Notes under the pieces: model-generated
Database searches by the model: none
The model's input: the letters and a program-made list of their open reading frames with translations, nothing else
What the model was told of the DNA's origin: nothing
Part shown: in pieces, positions 31,601-44,870 of the stretch
Numbering within the stretch: position 1 is the first letter of the stretch
Layout: every line of letters begins with the position of its first letter
Assembly (NCBI GenBank): GCA_964035545.1
Contig: OZ037768.1
Span: forward strand, 16,661,875 to 16,725,874
Source of the DNA: Bugula neritina
Lineage: Eukaryota; Animalia; Bryozoa
Direction: 5' to 3'
DNA: 64,000 nucleotides
Translations under genes and position numbers: made by a program

Positions 31601-33007
31601 TAGCACCACCAACTGCTGCTAGTAGCCATTGAGATTGTACATCACAAGTAATTTGTTTTTAAATAAAAACGTGTTGTCAAGGCAATTCTGTACACCGGGC
31701 AGAAAACGCAAAGTTTTTTCTTGTCTGATGATTTAATTGATTTAAAATTATCTTCAAGTGCTTGATGTTGTATTTATATAAAGATTGTTCAAATTGGTAG
31801 GTAATAGCATGTATTTGGCAGTGTAAATAAATTATTGGCAGAACCAAAAGATTGATATGTTTTCAGCCATTTTCATTAAATGGTGTTTTTTAATTTATAA
31901 AGATTTAATTTTCCATTGTTTATACAAACACTGTGCAACCTTGTTGAAGTTTTTTTAGCTGATTTTAAACAGATTGGAAAAAGCAGACTTTTAGAATTTT
32001 GGTCATTCATGGGTGGTTGTACTTTAGAGTAGACTTTTAACTTATCTATAGGCTTAGTTTACATATGTGAATATAACTTTCTTGCTATAAGCGCAAATGT
32101 ATTGGCAGTTTTAGATGTGATGAACACAAGTATTAAGATTTATATGAAATGAATGCATATGATAGCACATCAGTACAATTAATACTAGCAAATATTAATG
32201 TGTACGATACTTTATTATTTGCAAAACTAACAAAAAACATGGCATAAAATGAAATTATTGTAGCTTATTTTCAATAAGTCTCTAAATACGGAAGTAATTT
32301 TTAGTCTATCCAGAAATTAGGTGAGCTCCTCCTAAAATTTTTTTAGTTTCTATCCACTTTACTGGTTGTTGAATTGTTTTATTAACCTAAACCAATGCAC
32401 CAGAAGTGTCAGCAATAGATTGAAGCTGTTACTGATTGTAAGGTAACGTAAGGTACTTGAAGATGATTAATTCTCGGTGTTTTGGTATAGGTTGGAGTAC
32501 TGGTTTTACACCTATTAACTGTAGACTCTTTTTTTTCAGTAACTAGAACCTGCTAGTTATGTAACTCGTATTATATAAATATTTATTAGTCATAGTCACA
32601 AGGAAATTGCTTTATGTGAAAATGCTTTTGGTTTGTTTGTTATGTTTTTGAGACTATGTGAAAACAATTGTCTAGGTAATACCTTAGATGCAGGCCCTTC
32701 CACCTATATTTACAATGGCAAGAGCAGACTTGGAGTTTTAATTTGCTCAGGTGTTTTTATTGCTCTGATTTTAAAAATCTGCTTTTCTTTTACCGTGTCA
32801 GTTATAAAAAACTAGAAATAATGTTTATAACGGTTCACAAAGTTAATAAAACTTTTCTTCAATAGGTGATAAAAAAATGTATATAATTAATGTCTCGTAG
32901 CCAGTGATAATGTTCATTTAAATTGAACAATTTTTTCTTATACTTATTGCATTTCTACTCATTTATATTTGGATTGTTGCAGCCATGTGATACAGTTGTG
33001 ATAGAAT

Positions 33008-36000
33008 ATGCATCCTGGAATGGAGGTTGCACAAGGCCATGCTCAGCCTCATAGCAGCATTTACATCCCATCTGCCCCTCCTACGTAAGCTAGATGTTTT
33101 CGATCTACAGCGTAAAACTTGTTGTATATTAGTTTGGAATGATACTATTCCTAAACAGAAATTTATTTGATCCAAGTTGTGCAGTACTCAACATAATCAG
33201 AATTTTAATTTAGTTGTATGTTTATTATGTATTTAAAATTAATAAACCCTTTTCAGAGGTCCCCAATGTCCCCCTTACAATTAAGAGTTGTATCCTCCCA
33301 AAATTAAAAGTTGAACTCATTTTTGTGGTTTTGGTTACTGAGCAATGCTGGAGTGCCACTTTAGCATTGCTCAGTAACCAAAACCACAAAAACGCTTTCA
33401 AGTTTATTTTCTTCCAAACTCTCTATGAAAAAATATTTTTAAAAAATTTTTTGAACTGCTAATATGTGTGCTTATACCAAAATATCTATCTCCTAAAACA
33501 ACAATTCTATAGTATAATTAGAATTTTAAGTAGCAGACAAACTTTAAATTTTTGATGAGTTTGCTCTTTGTACAAAGGTTCAACCTATTCACTTTGGAAG
33601 GACACAACTCTTAATTGTAAAGGGGATATTGGGGACCTCTGAAAAAAATCTATTAGATTTGTTGGGGCTGAATATGCAGTATTACTATTTGCAGGATTCA
33701 TTCTGTGTCTCCAATGACTCGGGTTGTTGGTCCTTCTTTCAGTCCAGCAGCTTCTGGGAGTTTAATCCATAAACTGGAAGAGCTGAGCAAGAGGTTGCGG
33801 CAGTGCCCTGAAGATTTTGACACACGTAGGTGGTGGTGGGACCGGTTTGCTTGTGAGTTCTTTGATGAGAATGCCACAATGATCATATCATTCTTCTCAC
33901 CCTCTGAGGGAGACAAAAATTATAGTAAGTAATTTCATCTCTGGTAAGGTAAGTTCATATATTACAGCCTGTATTTGTCGTGTTGTTTAGGCTGTCGAAC
34001 ATTATTATTTGTTTTCAATTTCGATAGGTGTGTTTGTTGCTTAATTTAAAGTATAGATCTTATATCAAGTAAAGGTGACATTCTGGTCTGTTTTAGCTAT
34101 TGGAAGAGCTATGATCCCGCAGTACTTCAACTCCATATTCGAAGGTGGTGTAACAGAAATGTACTTCACATTCAGCCTGTTTAGAGAGTACATGACTGCT
34201 GCCGGTCCAACTCTAGAGTGTGATAGTGCTATAACCACTACGCAATACTCGCCACCATCTTGTGCCCGGGTATGTTCTACTAAGGCAATATCCATACTCT
34301 GATTAATATTAAGGTTTTTAACTTTTAATACCTTAATAGTAAGTAATAAGAGTAAGGGTTTGGTAATATTACGGAGTTAATTTAGAATGTTTCTCTTGTC
34401 AGCTGATACATTCCAAAGACCTGTTTGCTGAATGTAGTAACAGGTTGGCTCTATTCTCATACCTGAGGCAGAAATAATGTTCAGTGTTGATTGTCCAGGT
34501 GCTGGTTGAGAGTAAAATCAGCATTCACTGTGCATTTGATGAGTGTATGAGGATCAGGAGTTGGCACCAGTATCTTCTCAGACACAAGGAATACATACCA
34601 AGGGACATGCTCACTATCAGCCTTCAAGTAATACAGTTATCCATCTTTCTTCTGTTATTCTCTGATATTCTAACAAAATCTGGATTCAATACTATTTATT
34701 GAACACACATGAATTTATTATATGTTGCTTTTTAGCAGGGCTGTCTAGTGCATTGATGACGCACTAAAATATTCACCATCAAATAACTACAATTTCAGAG
34801 TTGTATGCCTAAGAAATTTTGTTTTGTAATATAAAGTTTGTACATGTTTTTAATCATTCTGCAATCTGTGCTCACATGCAGATGATGCACACTACCAGCA
34901 TTCGTTAATTGATACTGGTTGCAACTAATCTTTTTACTGTCACCATTGCTAGTCATTTTCAGCTGCTGCAATACAAAATTTAATCATAGAATGGTTTTGG
35001 AAGATTTACATGCTGCTAACTGTCATAGAAATATTTAACATTGCAAAATGGAAATAGTCTCTTTTAAATGTAATTTTCAATATATTTCAAACTAATATTA
35101 TGACAATCAGTCTACTAATCAGTCTCTAGCATCGATTTTTGCAACATCAAATTCAATATGATAATATAATAACCTAATGCATTATTACTATCACTATGGC
35201 AAATCTTTTGTTTTATTCTGATGACTTTGATTCTCACCTATCTCCGCTTTGTCCTGTTCAGGTAGTGGGTGGCTGCCGGAGACCTAACTCAATTAAGTTT
35301 CTAATGACTTTGATAGTAAAGTATATTGGTAATGCGAGTAATCTAAACCTAAAAGCAGATTCTTTAATTTTAATTTTTGTTCTTTTCAAGTTCAAACTCT
35401 AAATTAGCTTCAGTGTAAATATACAAGTTTCAGTTTTTATTGTATTATCCAATCAGGCAATATTAAAATTTAGTTATTTGATAACATTGGCTAAAATATC
35501 AAATCTGGTTTTACTTGGCAATAGGAGATTTCAGTAGTTATTTAATGATTTTCTACAAAATCTCTAGGAATAATAAAATTCCCATCATAATGATTGTTCT
35601 TATATTTATTTAACTTAATTTTATATACATCATTCAAGATTAAATTGAACAAAGCCTCTTGAGAATGGTGTCTGCAATTGACCCAGTCAATAAAAACTAA
35701 AAAACACAGCAGTATTTGTCCTAACTAAAAATAATGTTTTGCTGACTGCCTTCTCTACCTGTCACAATAAGCTCCTCAAGCTGATGAAATCATTGAAGAC
35801 TTCCTTGCATAAAATTAATTATACAGATGAATATAAATACAAGCTGGGTATTTGAAGCTGCATTTTTATTTTTAAAAGATATTTCTGCAGTTTACAAAAC
35901 TGCTATAAATGTAAATCAGCAATTTAGATAGGATACACACTAAATATTTGTAAATCCTTTCTCACGTGGCATATTTTTGCAATCTTTAACTAACTGTTTT

Positions 36001-39000
36001 GATGGAACAAAAAACTGTATTCATTAAAAAAATTGTCATCAATAAACTTGTCGATGCAAACATGCTTAAGAATTATCAAACCAGTCTAGGAGATATCTGC
36101 ATTAGAAAAATAAATTTTATGAATGCAAGTCTTGTGGAGGCTTGTGTAAAAGATTCTGACTTTTTTTAATATTGACTTAGATTAAATCTCAGGTTGTATT
36201 TTTATAGCATTTGAATGTTAAGGATTAGTAGGTATAAAGATTTTCGTTTTGTTTTCAAACTCTTAAACATAAAACTTTTAAGTTGCCATCTTGTCCATTC
36301 CAGGAATGCTATTATATTAACTTAAATGGAGTTGTAAATCTATCAATCCTATGTTTATCTATGCTGGTTTATTTCAGGAAAGTGGAGCTGTTGATTCTCT
36401 CCTACCAAATATCACTCACTTGGGTATCAATGGCTTCACTCATCGGTTTTTGAATGTAAGTTAATAATCAGGTCCTATAATTTTATAGTTATTTCTTTTA
36501 TTATAATACATATTTCATTAATTTGCAACTAATAGCAGCTGCTAAATGACTTGCATCTTACCCAACCATACATTTGTCTCATTATAGTTTCAAATAGCCA
36601 TTTCTGATACTTGTAGATGGAGCCTCACTCTAACAAGATTGTGCTTCATATTTTCAACTGTTTTATAATTATTTTGATTGTATAAAATTTGTCACATTAC
36701 GGTTTCAAGTAGTCGTTTCTGATATCAAGTCTCAACCAAACTTTTATGAAACAATGATTTCAAATCAATTCTTAAAGTTTGGTTTATGGCTATTTTTAGT
36801 GGGTAACTGGCTATGTCTCTACAGTTTTTGCATTAACTACATGAATATGATATTTAGGTGTCCGCCATTGCTGATTCTGTTCGACCTGACATGAAAAGAA
36901 GTGGCTATGGAATGCTTCCCGACAACTGTATGCAAAGCTGGTCTAACAATCATCCTGATCCACTTGCACCTACTTCTTGTATGATGTCACATCCTCTTAC
37001 CACTCAACCTCTTTGTCCGTCTTTAGTGGATTTTTCTCAGTCACCAGTTCTGTCAACAACTACTGACAGTTTGAACAGCTCTGATCGAATAGGAGGCACG
37101 AGTATGTAATACCTCTGAACTCTACTTTCACTATTGTCTTGCAATTGTGACTTTACTTGCCCATGTTATGATAGACCTCTGTGTAGTTACATATGTTTTG
37201 AGTTGTCTTCCCTCATTGTATTTGGGTGACTAATGAGCTGATAATCTACTAGTTAGTCAGGTTATAAGTCGAATTTCCATGTAGCCTGAGATATTTTGTG
37301 TTTAATAATATATGTATTGGGGTTCTGCAATTGTGATGCGGTGCAGCTAAATGTTATTGAGCAAAAATTGGAAGTGACTTGAATGTTAAACAGTATTGTT
37401 TTAGATGCAAGCTAAGTTGCTTTACTATACTATTGATGTTACAGAGAGCCCTAAACCTGTGAAGAAGCAGAAGAGAGTTCGTAAGGCGACAACTCCTAAA
37501 GAAGCTTCTGCCCCTTCAAAGAAAGCCAGCAAATTGAACAGCACTAATTCTACCCCAACCTTACCTTGTCCGCACCCCTTACCACAGGTTGATTTCAATG
37601 AATGCCTTGGAATATTTTTATTAAAGTCACTTTAGATTTTTTAAACTTCCACCATTGTTTAAATTGCAATGCTGCTCTGATAATTTTAAGAGGTTAATTG
37701 AAGCTTCATATGATATATTCCAAGGACCTAAGCTATAATCTTGTTGACTTGTTCTTTATTAAAATTTAAATTTTGATGTAAATTTGCCTTTTATATCAAT
37801 CTCGTAATAGGGTCATAAAATTGAGAGGACACAACTCTAATTTACATCCTTCTTGCAGTATTGAAATGCCAGCATGTAACATCAGATTACGAATTTATTA
37901 TGTAACTGTTACCAGTGTTTAAACATCATACAAAATTTATTCCATAATTGGTTTGCTTTAAATTTTGCTGTAGTTTTAAATACATATTTTGTTATTTTCC
38001 TTTTAATCAAGTAATTTGCATATAAGTGCCTTTTTTGTCGATCAAGGTATGAAATATTTTCAGCAAGTCAAAGTCTAATCTCTAAATAGATTGAATTAAA
38101 AATCAATCAATTTAGCAAGTCAGTACTTCCAAATCTCTCAATTACCTACATGTTATGAAATTGTATAATAGTTGGATTATTTTTAACATTCTTAATCATT
38201 TTAGGATGTAATGGTAGTAGGAGAACCAGTTCTCATGAGTTCTGAGCTGGGCAATGAGGATGAGCGTTGTATAACTCGACTAGAAAACAACAGCGGGACA
38301 GATCTATTTGTTCATGGTCAGCATGCACCTATCATTCCTAATATCTACAATGGAAATGGCAACACCGCAGGTGGTAAGAAAATTTGTTTCATGTTGCAGT
38401 GTTTTTTAAAGAGCAAATTGCTAAGTGCTGCAGCTTCAGACTAGTGCAAGAGGACTCACAAATTAGCATGACTCCAAATTGAAAGCACACTTTGACCTAT
38501 TACTGCTTTATGAAAAAACAGTAGTTAGTACATTAAATCATCTGTTTTACTTCCAATGCAAATTTTAGTAAGTTGTTAACCTCATGACATTGACCAGTTT
38601 GCTCTGATTTGATTTTGCTTTCTTATCAATAAAACTAGTAGGGTTTAGATGTAGATAAATTGAGTTTTAGTGCTGATGTCATTTATTTCATTATTGAAGT
38701 TTGGGTAGATAGTCGCGTGAATTTGTGTCCGGTAGTGGAGAAATTGAGATATTATAAGTTCGTGCTAAGTTTAGGTTTAGAATATAACTTCTTCTGCTAA
38801 ATTTCTAATCTAGGACACAGGCTTTTCTCAATTTCTCCATTACTGCACCTACCTTTTCTTATGGACACCACAAGTTACCGTAAGTGTGTTTGCCACTTTC
38901 TGGTTTTCTCAATCGTAATATGTAGCGGTAATTTTGAATTGTCAACGTACCACAAATCAGGAAACTTCTTAAATTCCCAACTTAAAAATATTGTTATAGA

Positions 39001-39126
39001 TATTTCTAAGCAATTGGTTTTTTAGATTTAGCTCTGAGAGACAATGGCGAGATATATGATGAGCCAAGTATTACGGCAGCATTAGATGCTCTTGAGCAGG
39101 ATGCCATTCCTTTGTCGTTACCATGA
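33008..39126 (+). CDS. LDB: Divergent LIM domain-binding protein (LDB/Chip family), ~447-469 aa
   Basis: Exons 33008-33084, 33695-33924, 34097-34269, 34499-34627, 36378-36455, 36858-37101, 37445-37587, 38205-38373, optional 38814-38879, and 39026-39126 splice in frame. Dimerisation domain (WWDRFACEFFDE..YTIGRAMIPQYFNSIFEGG..MRIRSWH), basic NLS (KKQKRVRK) and LID (DVMVVGEPVLMSSELGNEDERCITRLEN). Confidence 0.9.
33250..33645. mobile_element. MITE with ~50-70-bp TIRs and an internal near-perfect palindrome
   Basis: TTTTCAGAGGTCCCCAATGTCCCCCTTACAATTAAGAGTTGTATCCT pairs with AGGACACAACTCTTAATTGTAAAGGGGATATTGGGGACCTCTGAAAA. Internal hairpin at 33320-33392. A TIR fragment recurs near 37821-37843. 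Confidence 0.85.
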
Positions 39127-39610
39127 GATATTAAGGATGTAGGAAGTATTCGGTGGAACAACATCTCTAGTTTTTATACACTTTTATGATTACCCGCTGA
39201 TGCTTGGAGATTATATACTATACACAACTTTGACGAATTCAAGATTGCCGATAACCTTTATTCTGCATCTAGAATATCTCAATAACAGGCATTTTATTTA
39301 ATTCACTATGTGTTGTATATTGTTATGGCTTTTATTAATTTAGACCGAGTTGTATTTGTAAATTGTTGCAGGTATTTTGTTTTATTTTATACAATCAGCA
39401 GTCACACGAAAGCAATCTCATTGATGTTCTGTAAACCAAAGTAGATAAATTTTATGATCTGCATCTAGTCAATATTTGTAATACTCTTTATATTCTATAA
39501 AAGCATGTTAACATGTGCTTCATTGAGTTTATTAATTCAACAGTTCTATGGTAGAAATAAATTATGAAAATTACTTATAACACTATCATTAGCATATGAT
39601 TATTGTACTC

Positions 39611-39670
39611 GACCTTTTTCTGATATGAAATTGTTTGACCTTTTTCTGATATGAAATTGTTTGCCCTTTT
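39611..39670. repeat. 26-bp tandem duplication (GACCTTTTTCTGATATGAAATTGTTT x2.3)
   Basis: Directly visible between the LDB and PRELID1 3' ends. Confidence 0.85.
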
Positions 39671-39874
39671 TATTTCATTGTTGTATTATTGTGATCTTAG
39701 TAGCGCAATTATATAATTTATTTTCAGTTTATTTTATAAAATATCCATTAGTTTGTATAATATTTATTTAAAATACACCAATATTACTGACATTGTAATA
39801 AAGTAAACATTTAAAGTACTGTAACTGTGCTGTTATTCCAACAACTTATTATGTCGTACACCATAGTCAAAGTT

Positions 39875-41449
39875 CTATCCTTCAGATGCCTTTACTGACT
39901 TTGCTAGTTCAGCTTTTGATTTTGCTTTGTTTTTGGCCTCTTCTGCTTTTGAAATAGCTAAGATAGCTGTTTTAGAAATTCTCTCTGTAGACTGTTTAGC
40001 AGTTTCTGTAAACTTGTCAGTTTTAAGTTTGAGTCGTTCCTTGAGAGTAGGCGGAAGTCTATGAGTTAGAGCATATTCAAGGCCTAGGCTAGCTTTCACT
40101 TGATTACTCTTATATCGACTCATAGAAAACTCCAGGATTGGCCTTTTGAGCCCATAGCCCATATTAGAATCCAGCCATATGCTCTTCTCTATCTGGGAAT
40201 TCTCGGGATTTGACTCACTGATTTTATAAATACACTTTTCTGTACAACTCTGCAAACAAATTCAATAACTGATCTACAATTTGCATAGACTGGCAAGTCC
40301 ATTTCCACAAACTACATATAACACTGATCATATACTAGACAATGTATACACAAGTTAAATGCTTTCATGTAAAATGAAATACTTACCATAAAATGGGATA
40401 GAGAGATATTCCTAGTATATGTAGTGAAAGTTTGAGTAATGGGATCTACTATTGACTCTTCAACTATAGTTACAAACTTAGGTCCATTGTACAAGGGGAT
40501 TGCCCATCTCGGTAGAGGGTTAGTTTTAGTAAGAAGCTTGAGAGAGTAAAGTCTCCCATCAGTCATGACATGTCGCTCTAGAACGTCTTCTGTTAATACA
40601 TGTTTGCTTCAAAAACAAAAAATATGATTACTAGAAAAAAAACTGGACATCAAATCATGCAAAACACAGTCGGAGCGCTTAAACTCTTAATTTTATTATT
40701 ATAGACAACTTGTTGGATATGTTTACACAAACTTGTTCAAATATAGAGTGGTTCACAAGGAAGGTATTTGAAAATAGGTTTTTAGGCAATGATATATTTA
40801 AGACATGTGCAGCAGATCGGTTATAAGTCTGGTATTGTGAATGCAGGTACAAATAATAAGGAGTTATTGGCCCTACATCCTCTAAAAAGGCTATCAGAGT
40901 ACATAAACAACAATGATTCCTCGGTCTGTTAGAAATGAAACTTTAAAATGAGCAGTGATGCTATTGGCAAAAAAAAGTTTAATGCAAAATAACAAGCTCA
41001 AAGCACATTGTTTGTAATTCATGCTTGAAACTGCTAGCCGAATTGATATTAATATAGTGAAGATTGGTCTGATGAAGAACATATTCATAGCGCTTTAGAT
41101 GATAGGTTGGTATATATGGGCATCATTATACTTCAGTAACACCTGTAAGCTTTATCTGGATCCTGTTTTGAGATGTTTAAAGAGGTTGGAAATTTTGGTA
41201 ACAAAAATCTTACATGATGCTTTCTCCAAACCAATTCTATGCAAATTTATGTCTTCATTGCAACATCTTACATACATAATTATCGCTCTTGATATGTAGA
41301 AAATTTTAGATGCTCTCAAAGTAGAACTTAACATAACAATTTCTTTAGACTTAGTCTTACCTGAAAGGATTTGGATAACGCTGCCAAAGAGCAGAAGCCA
41401 ACTCTTGCCATGTGTGAGCAAAATCACCCACACAGCTGAAGAACTTCAT
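39875..41449 (-). CDS. PRELID1: PRELI domain-containing protein 1 (mitochondrial lipid transfer), ~227 aa
   Basis: Exons 41449-41361, 40606-40387 and 40249-39875 splice in frame (684 nt). Motifs: WQRYPNPFSKHVLTEDV, LLTKTN.LPRW, IVEESIVDP..TTYTRNI, and an Ala/Lys/Glu LEA-like C-terminus typical of PRELID1. Confidence 0.93.
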
Positions 41450-42149
41450 AATCAGTTCTACACAAATACACGAGAATAACCATAGTGCCGTTATTGTAAA
41501 AGTTGAAATAGTTGAAGACATTAAGAAAGGGAGATAAATCATTTATAACAAGGGGTGAACAACTAAAATTATTGATACCATAAATTATTGATAAAGTAAT
41601 TTTCTTAGATGCAACACATATATCAAATACGATCAAATATGATTAACATAATGTAATATCCCAAGCAATATAAGTTGGCTAGTCATGCTATTTGTTAGAA
41701 TGGTAATAAAACTGCATTATTTTATTCACTAAAATAAATAGAACCTCGTTTCAAATTTGTCAAGTGAGTTGATTTAACAAAATAATTCATTGTTCAATAA
41801 TAATAGTTGACGATAATGATTGCTTTAATTGAGCGTTTGAGAATTGAAAAATTTAACCATTTTTATTTACTTCTGCAAGTATTGAAATATTGTACAATTC
41901 AGCATTTTTACTTATGTAATACACTTTCTAATACTTTTAACTTTTCTTCAGACTTTTGCTTTATATTTTACTATCAAAGGCCCAATAATTTATTGATAAA
42001 AGTTGTTTAAAGTAAATTAATAAACCTTATTACTAGATAGGTCTAGCAGCTGATGTGATGTGATTTGGGTGGCAGCAGCTTTACAAGGGTGGCAGCAGTG
42101 AGATAAGCAAATCCCACAACACTAGTAGGTACTTAGAGAGCAGACTTTG

Positions 42150-42960
42150 GTCTATACAGAGTTTTAAAGGAAGATAAGGAATTGGTAATTAAGAGACTAG
42201 TTCAAGAAGCACTGAAGGCCCAGCTAGAAGTACAGGAAGAACAACCCCAACAGGTGACTCATACTTCAAGCTTAATAAACATCGCAACGTAGAGCGCTAC
42301 ATGTATAAGTTTATTGATTTATCGGAGACTAACTGATAAATCAATAGCCAAGTTTCTTCGCTATAGAGGCCAGGCTTATTATTGTGAAAAGACACCCGTT
42401 ATAGAATCTGTTTTTCACAGTCCCTGGGCTAGATATAGAGTAGATATTCCCAAAAAAGCATGACCTCATTTTATTGCTTTGAAGAAAAACAATCATACTA
42501 AATCGCAAAAGGATGCGATGGAAATGCAGCATTTGGTCAATGTGGATGAAAGCGGATCAACACACCAACAAAAATGCAGAAACTTTTACTTTTAGTTGCA
42601 GTGAGTATACTAATCTAGAGGCTGCAGTGAGGGCTAGAAACGAGTACCTGCACATTTAGCCTAGTTATGAAGGCACAGCTAATCATCGAATAGAGGTGAC
42701 AATTTTAAAACTAGCTCAGATGATTCCTATAACATCCAAGAGTGTCCTGAGTACTATAGTGTAAGTGTTACAGTATATGATGAATGAAGTAGAATAGATT
42801 GCCGCTCAGACAAAAGTAGAGCCAAAAGACAGCGAAAAATGAAGATGTGGGAAGGGAACTCACTTAAAAAGATACTGCACAATTTGCCCCTTAAAATGAG
42901 TGAAGTGGAAAAGAAGCGGCTAGTTAGTGTGACCTAATGTGCAAAGGGTACTGACAGTTG
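42150..42960 (+). pseudogene. Decayed pogo/Tigger-like transposase remnant
   Basis: Frameshifted fragments: PGLD..IFPKKH (CENPB-HTH-like, ~42424), LVNVDESG (42533-42556, resembling the pogo NxDETG first catalytic Asp) and YCTICP...CD..CKG (42873-42950, PHD-like C-terminus). Many stops; no TIRs identified. Confidence 0.45.
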
Positions 42961-43849
42961 AAGCCGAGTATAGTACAACTACGAGTGCTGAGTGTAGAAT
43001 AGAAGTTGGACTAGAGCAGCTGGTGATTTAAGGCACCAGAAAATGGCTCACATACCTAATCCTTTTGAGACCTAGACCTAGTTAGTTCAGAAATAAATTA
43101 TTTATTTTACACCAAGCTTTAGATCAAATGAATAACAAAGTTTGATAGTCCTAATTATAAATTGTTAATTCGTAATGAAAACTATAGTTGTAATAAGTAA
43201 TAATAGTTGAGGAATATCACATTTACTAACATTTTTACTAAAAGGTCTTAATGGTTATAACTCTAATGATTACGATGACAGTTTATACGCAGTATGATTA
43301 TCACTATGACTATGGGCCTGGCTATACCTGCACCAGTGCTGAGTACTGACTCTGATTCTGGCAGTAGCAGTAGTAGCAGCAGTAGCAGTAGTAATATAGT
43401 AGTAAAATTAATACTAAAACTAAAAGAAAAAATTCCCATTGAACCAAAAAATTTAAATCAGATGGCTTCACTTTTACTTTAATTTTAATTAAACGAATGT
43501 TGCTAGAAGCAGCACCGAGTTGGAGGCTACTAAGTGCAGAATTATTATACACATCTTCGTCTAAACCCCCAATTCCAAACTAGAGATTCCCCAAATCAAG
43601 TTCAATGCCCTTAATGACCACTAACTAAATGCTATTTCTAGTTCTAGCAATTTTCTAGTTGCATACAGCACAGCCTTAGACGTTCAATTACTTTTGGAGT
43701 CAAGATTTAGGAAAAATTTCAAGTTGATGCTACTTCTAAACATTTACTGTTAGGCCTAAGGCTACGGGCCAAAGGCTTAAAACTGGAACGCACAAGTAAA
43801 AATCATTTAATTTTAGACACTAATGCCTAGTGCCACTAGCACTTGTAAT

Positions 43850-44285
43850 GATGAGTACTGTTAATGTTATTGTTATAATCTTATCACTTATCAGTATCAC
43901 TCTCACTATGACATTCATTATTCATACTCATACTGATACTTGGTAAGTTCGACAGTTGACTATCAGTATCACTAAGAACTATGAAGTATGAGTATGAGTA
44001 GGGTTGTGACTAGTGAGTTATGAATATCAATATCAATATGAATATCATTATGACTCTGAGTATCTCTACCACTATCACTATGACTATCACTATCAGTATG
44101 ACTATCATGATCATCTATTCATACTTATACTATGAATATGACTATGAGTATCAGTATGAGTATGAGTATCACTATCACAGACACATTACTCATTAGTCAT
44201 TAGTCATTACTCATTACATTAGTCTTAGTCCTTAGATCAGTATGACTATGACTATCAGTATCACTATGAGTATCAGTATGAGTAT
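43850..44285. repeat. (TATGAC/TATCAC/TATGAG/TATCAG)n hexamer-like tract
   Basis: Directly visible degenerate period-6 repeat. Confidence 0.85.
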
Positions 44286-44289
44286 GGTT

Positions 44290-44870
44290 CAGGCTTGAAG
44301 TTGATTTGTTCCTTCAAACACCATTGCCAAAAAAATTAATATCGCATATATTCACATTTAAACAAAATTTAGAAATTATAAAAGATTAAAACGTAACATT
44401 ATAACATTTCAAGACCTTTGGCCTAAGAACAATACTGCAAGAATGCAAACTACATGGTGATGGTGAAGTGATGGTTGAGAAGATTATGGCAGTTTCTGCT
44501 ACTGCATAAAAAAATAATTCAATGAAAGCTTTTGTGTGTAGTGTTTGACTCGGACTATGTTATGTTGATCTCTTTGCGCTCATTGTCGATATATATTGAT
44601 TCATATAACGTATTTTAGGTTGAATATCATTCTTATAAAACATTCGGTTCAACATATAGAGGGCGTGTCTACCGCTATTTCCTGCTGCTACTCTAGAAAA
44701 CATAAAATATGGAAGCCAGAGTCTGGAGGTTGTGAAACTTAGGCAACATCATCATGACTTTGACTTATTGAAAATTATTCGTAATACTTATACTTAAAAT
44801 CTGATTAAACACTAAAATACTAGCTCAACTTTTTTTTAAGAATTGAGGATCAATACTGTTGCAGTTGTTA
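44290..44870. promoter_or_regulatory. Candidate bidirectional promoter island between PRELID1 and PMCA
   Basis: Unique, CpG-containing segment with a GC-box-like GGGCGTGTC (44661-44669), between two simple-repeat tracts. Both flanking genes have acceptors just upstream of their ATG, so they need upstream non-coding exons. Confidence 0.35.

Noticed and set aside
35230-35270. Polypyrimidine tract followed by CAG|GTAGTG in an LDB intron (recursive splice site or extra exon)
   Set aside because: The intron is only 1.75 kb, the donor is weak, and there is no LDB-like coding sequence or clear closing donor.
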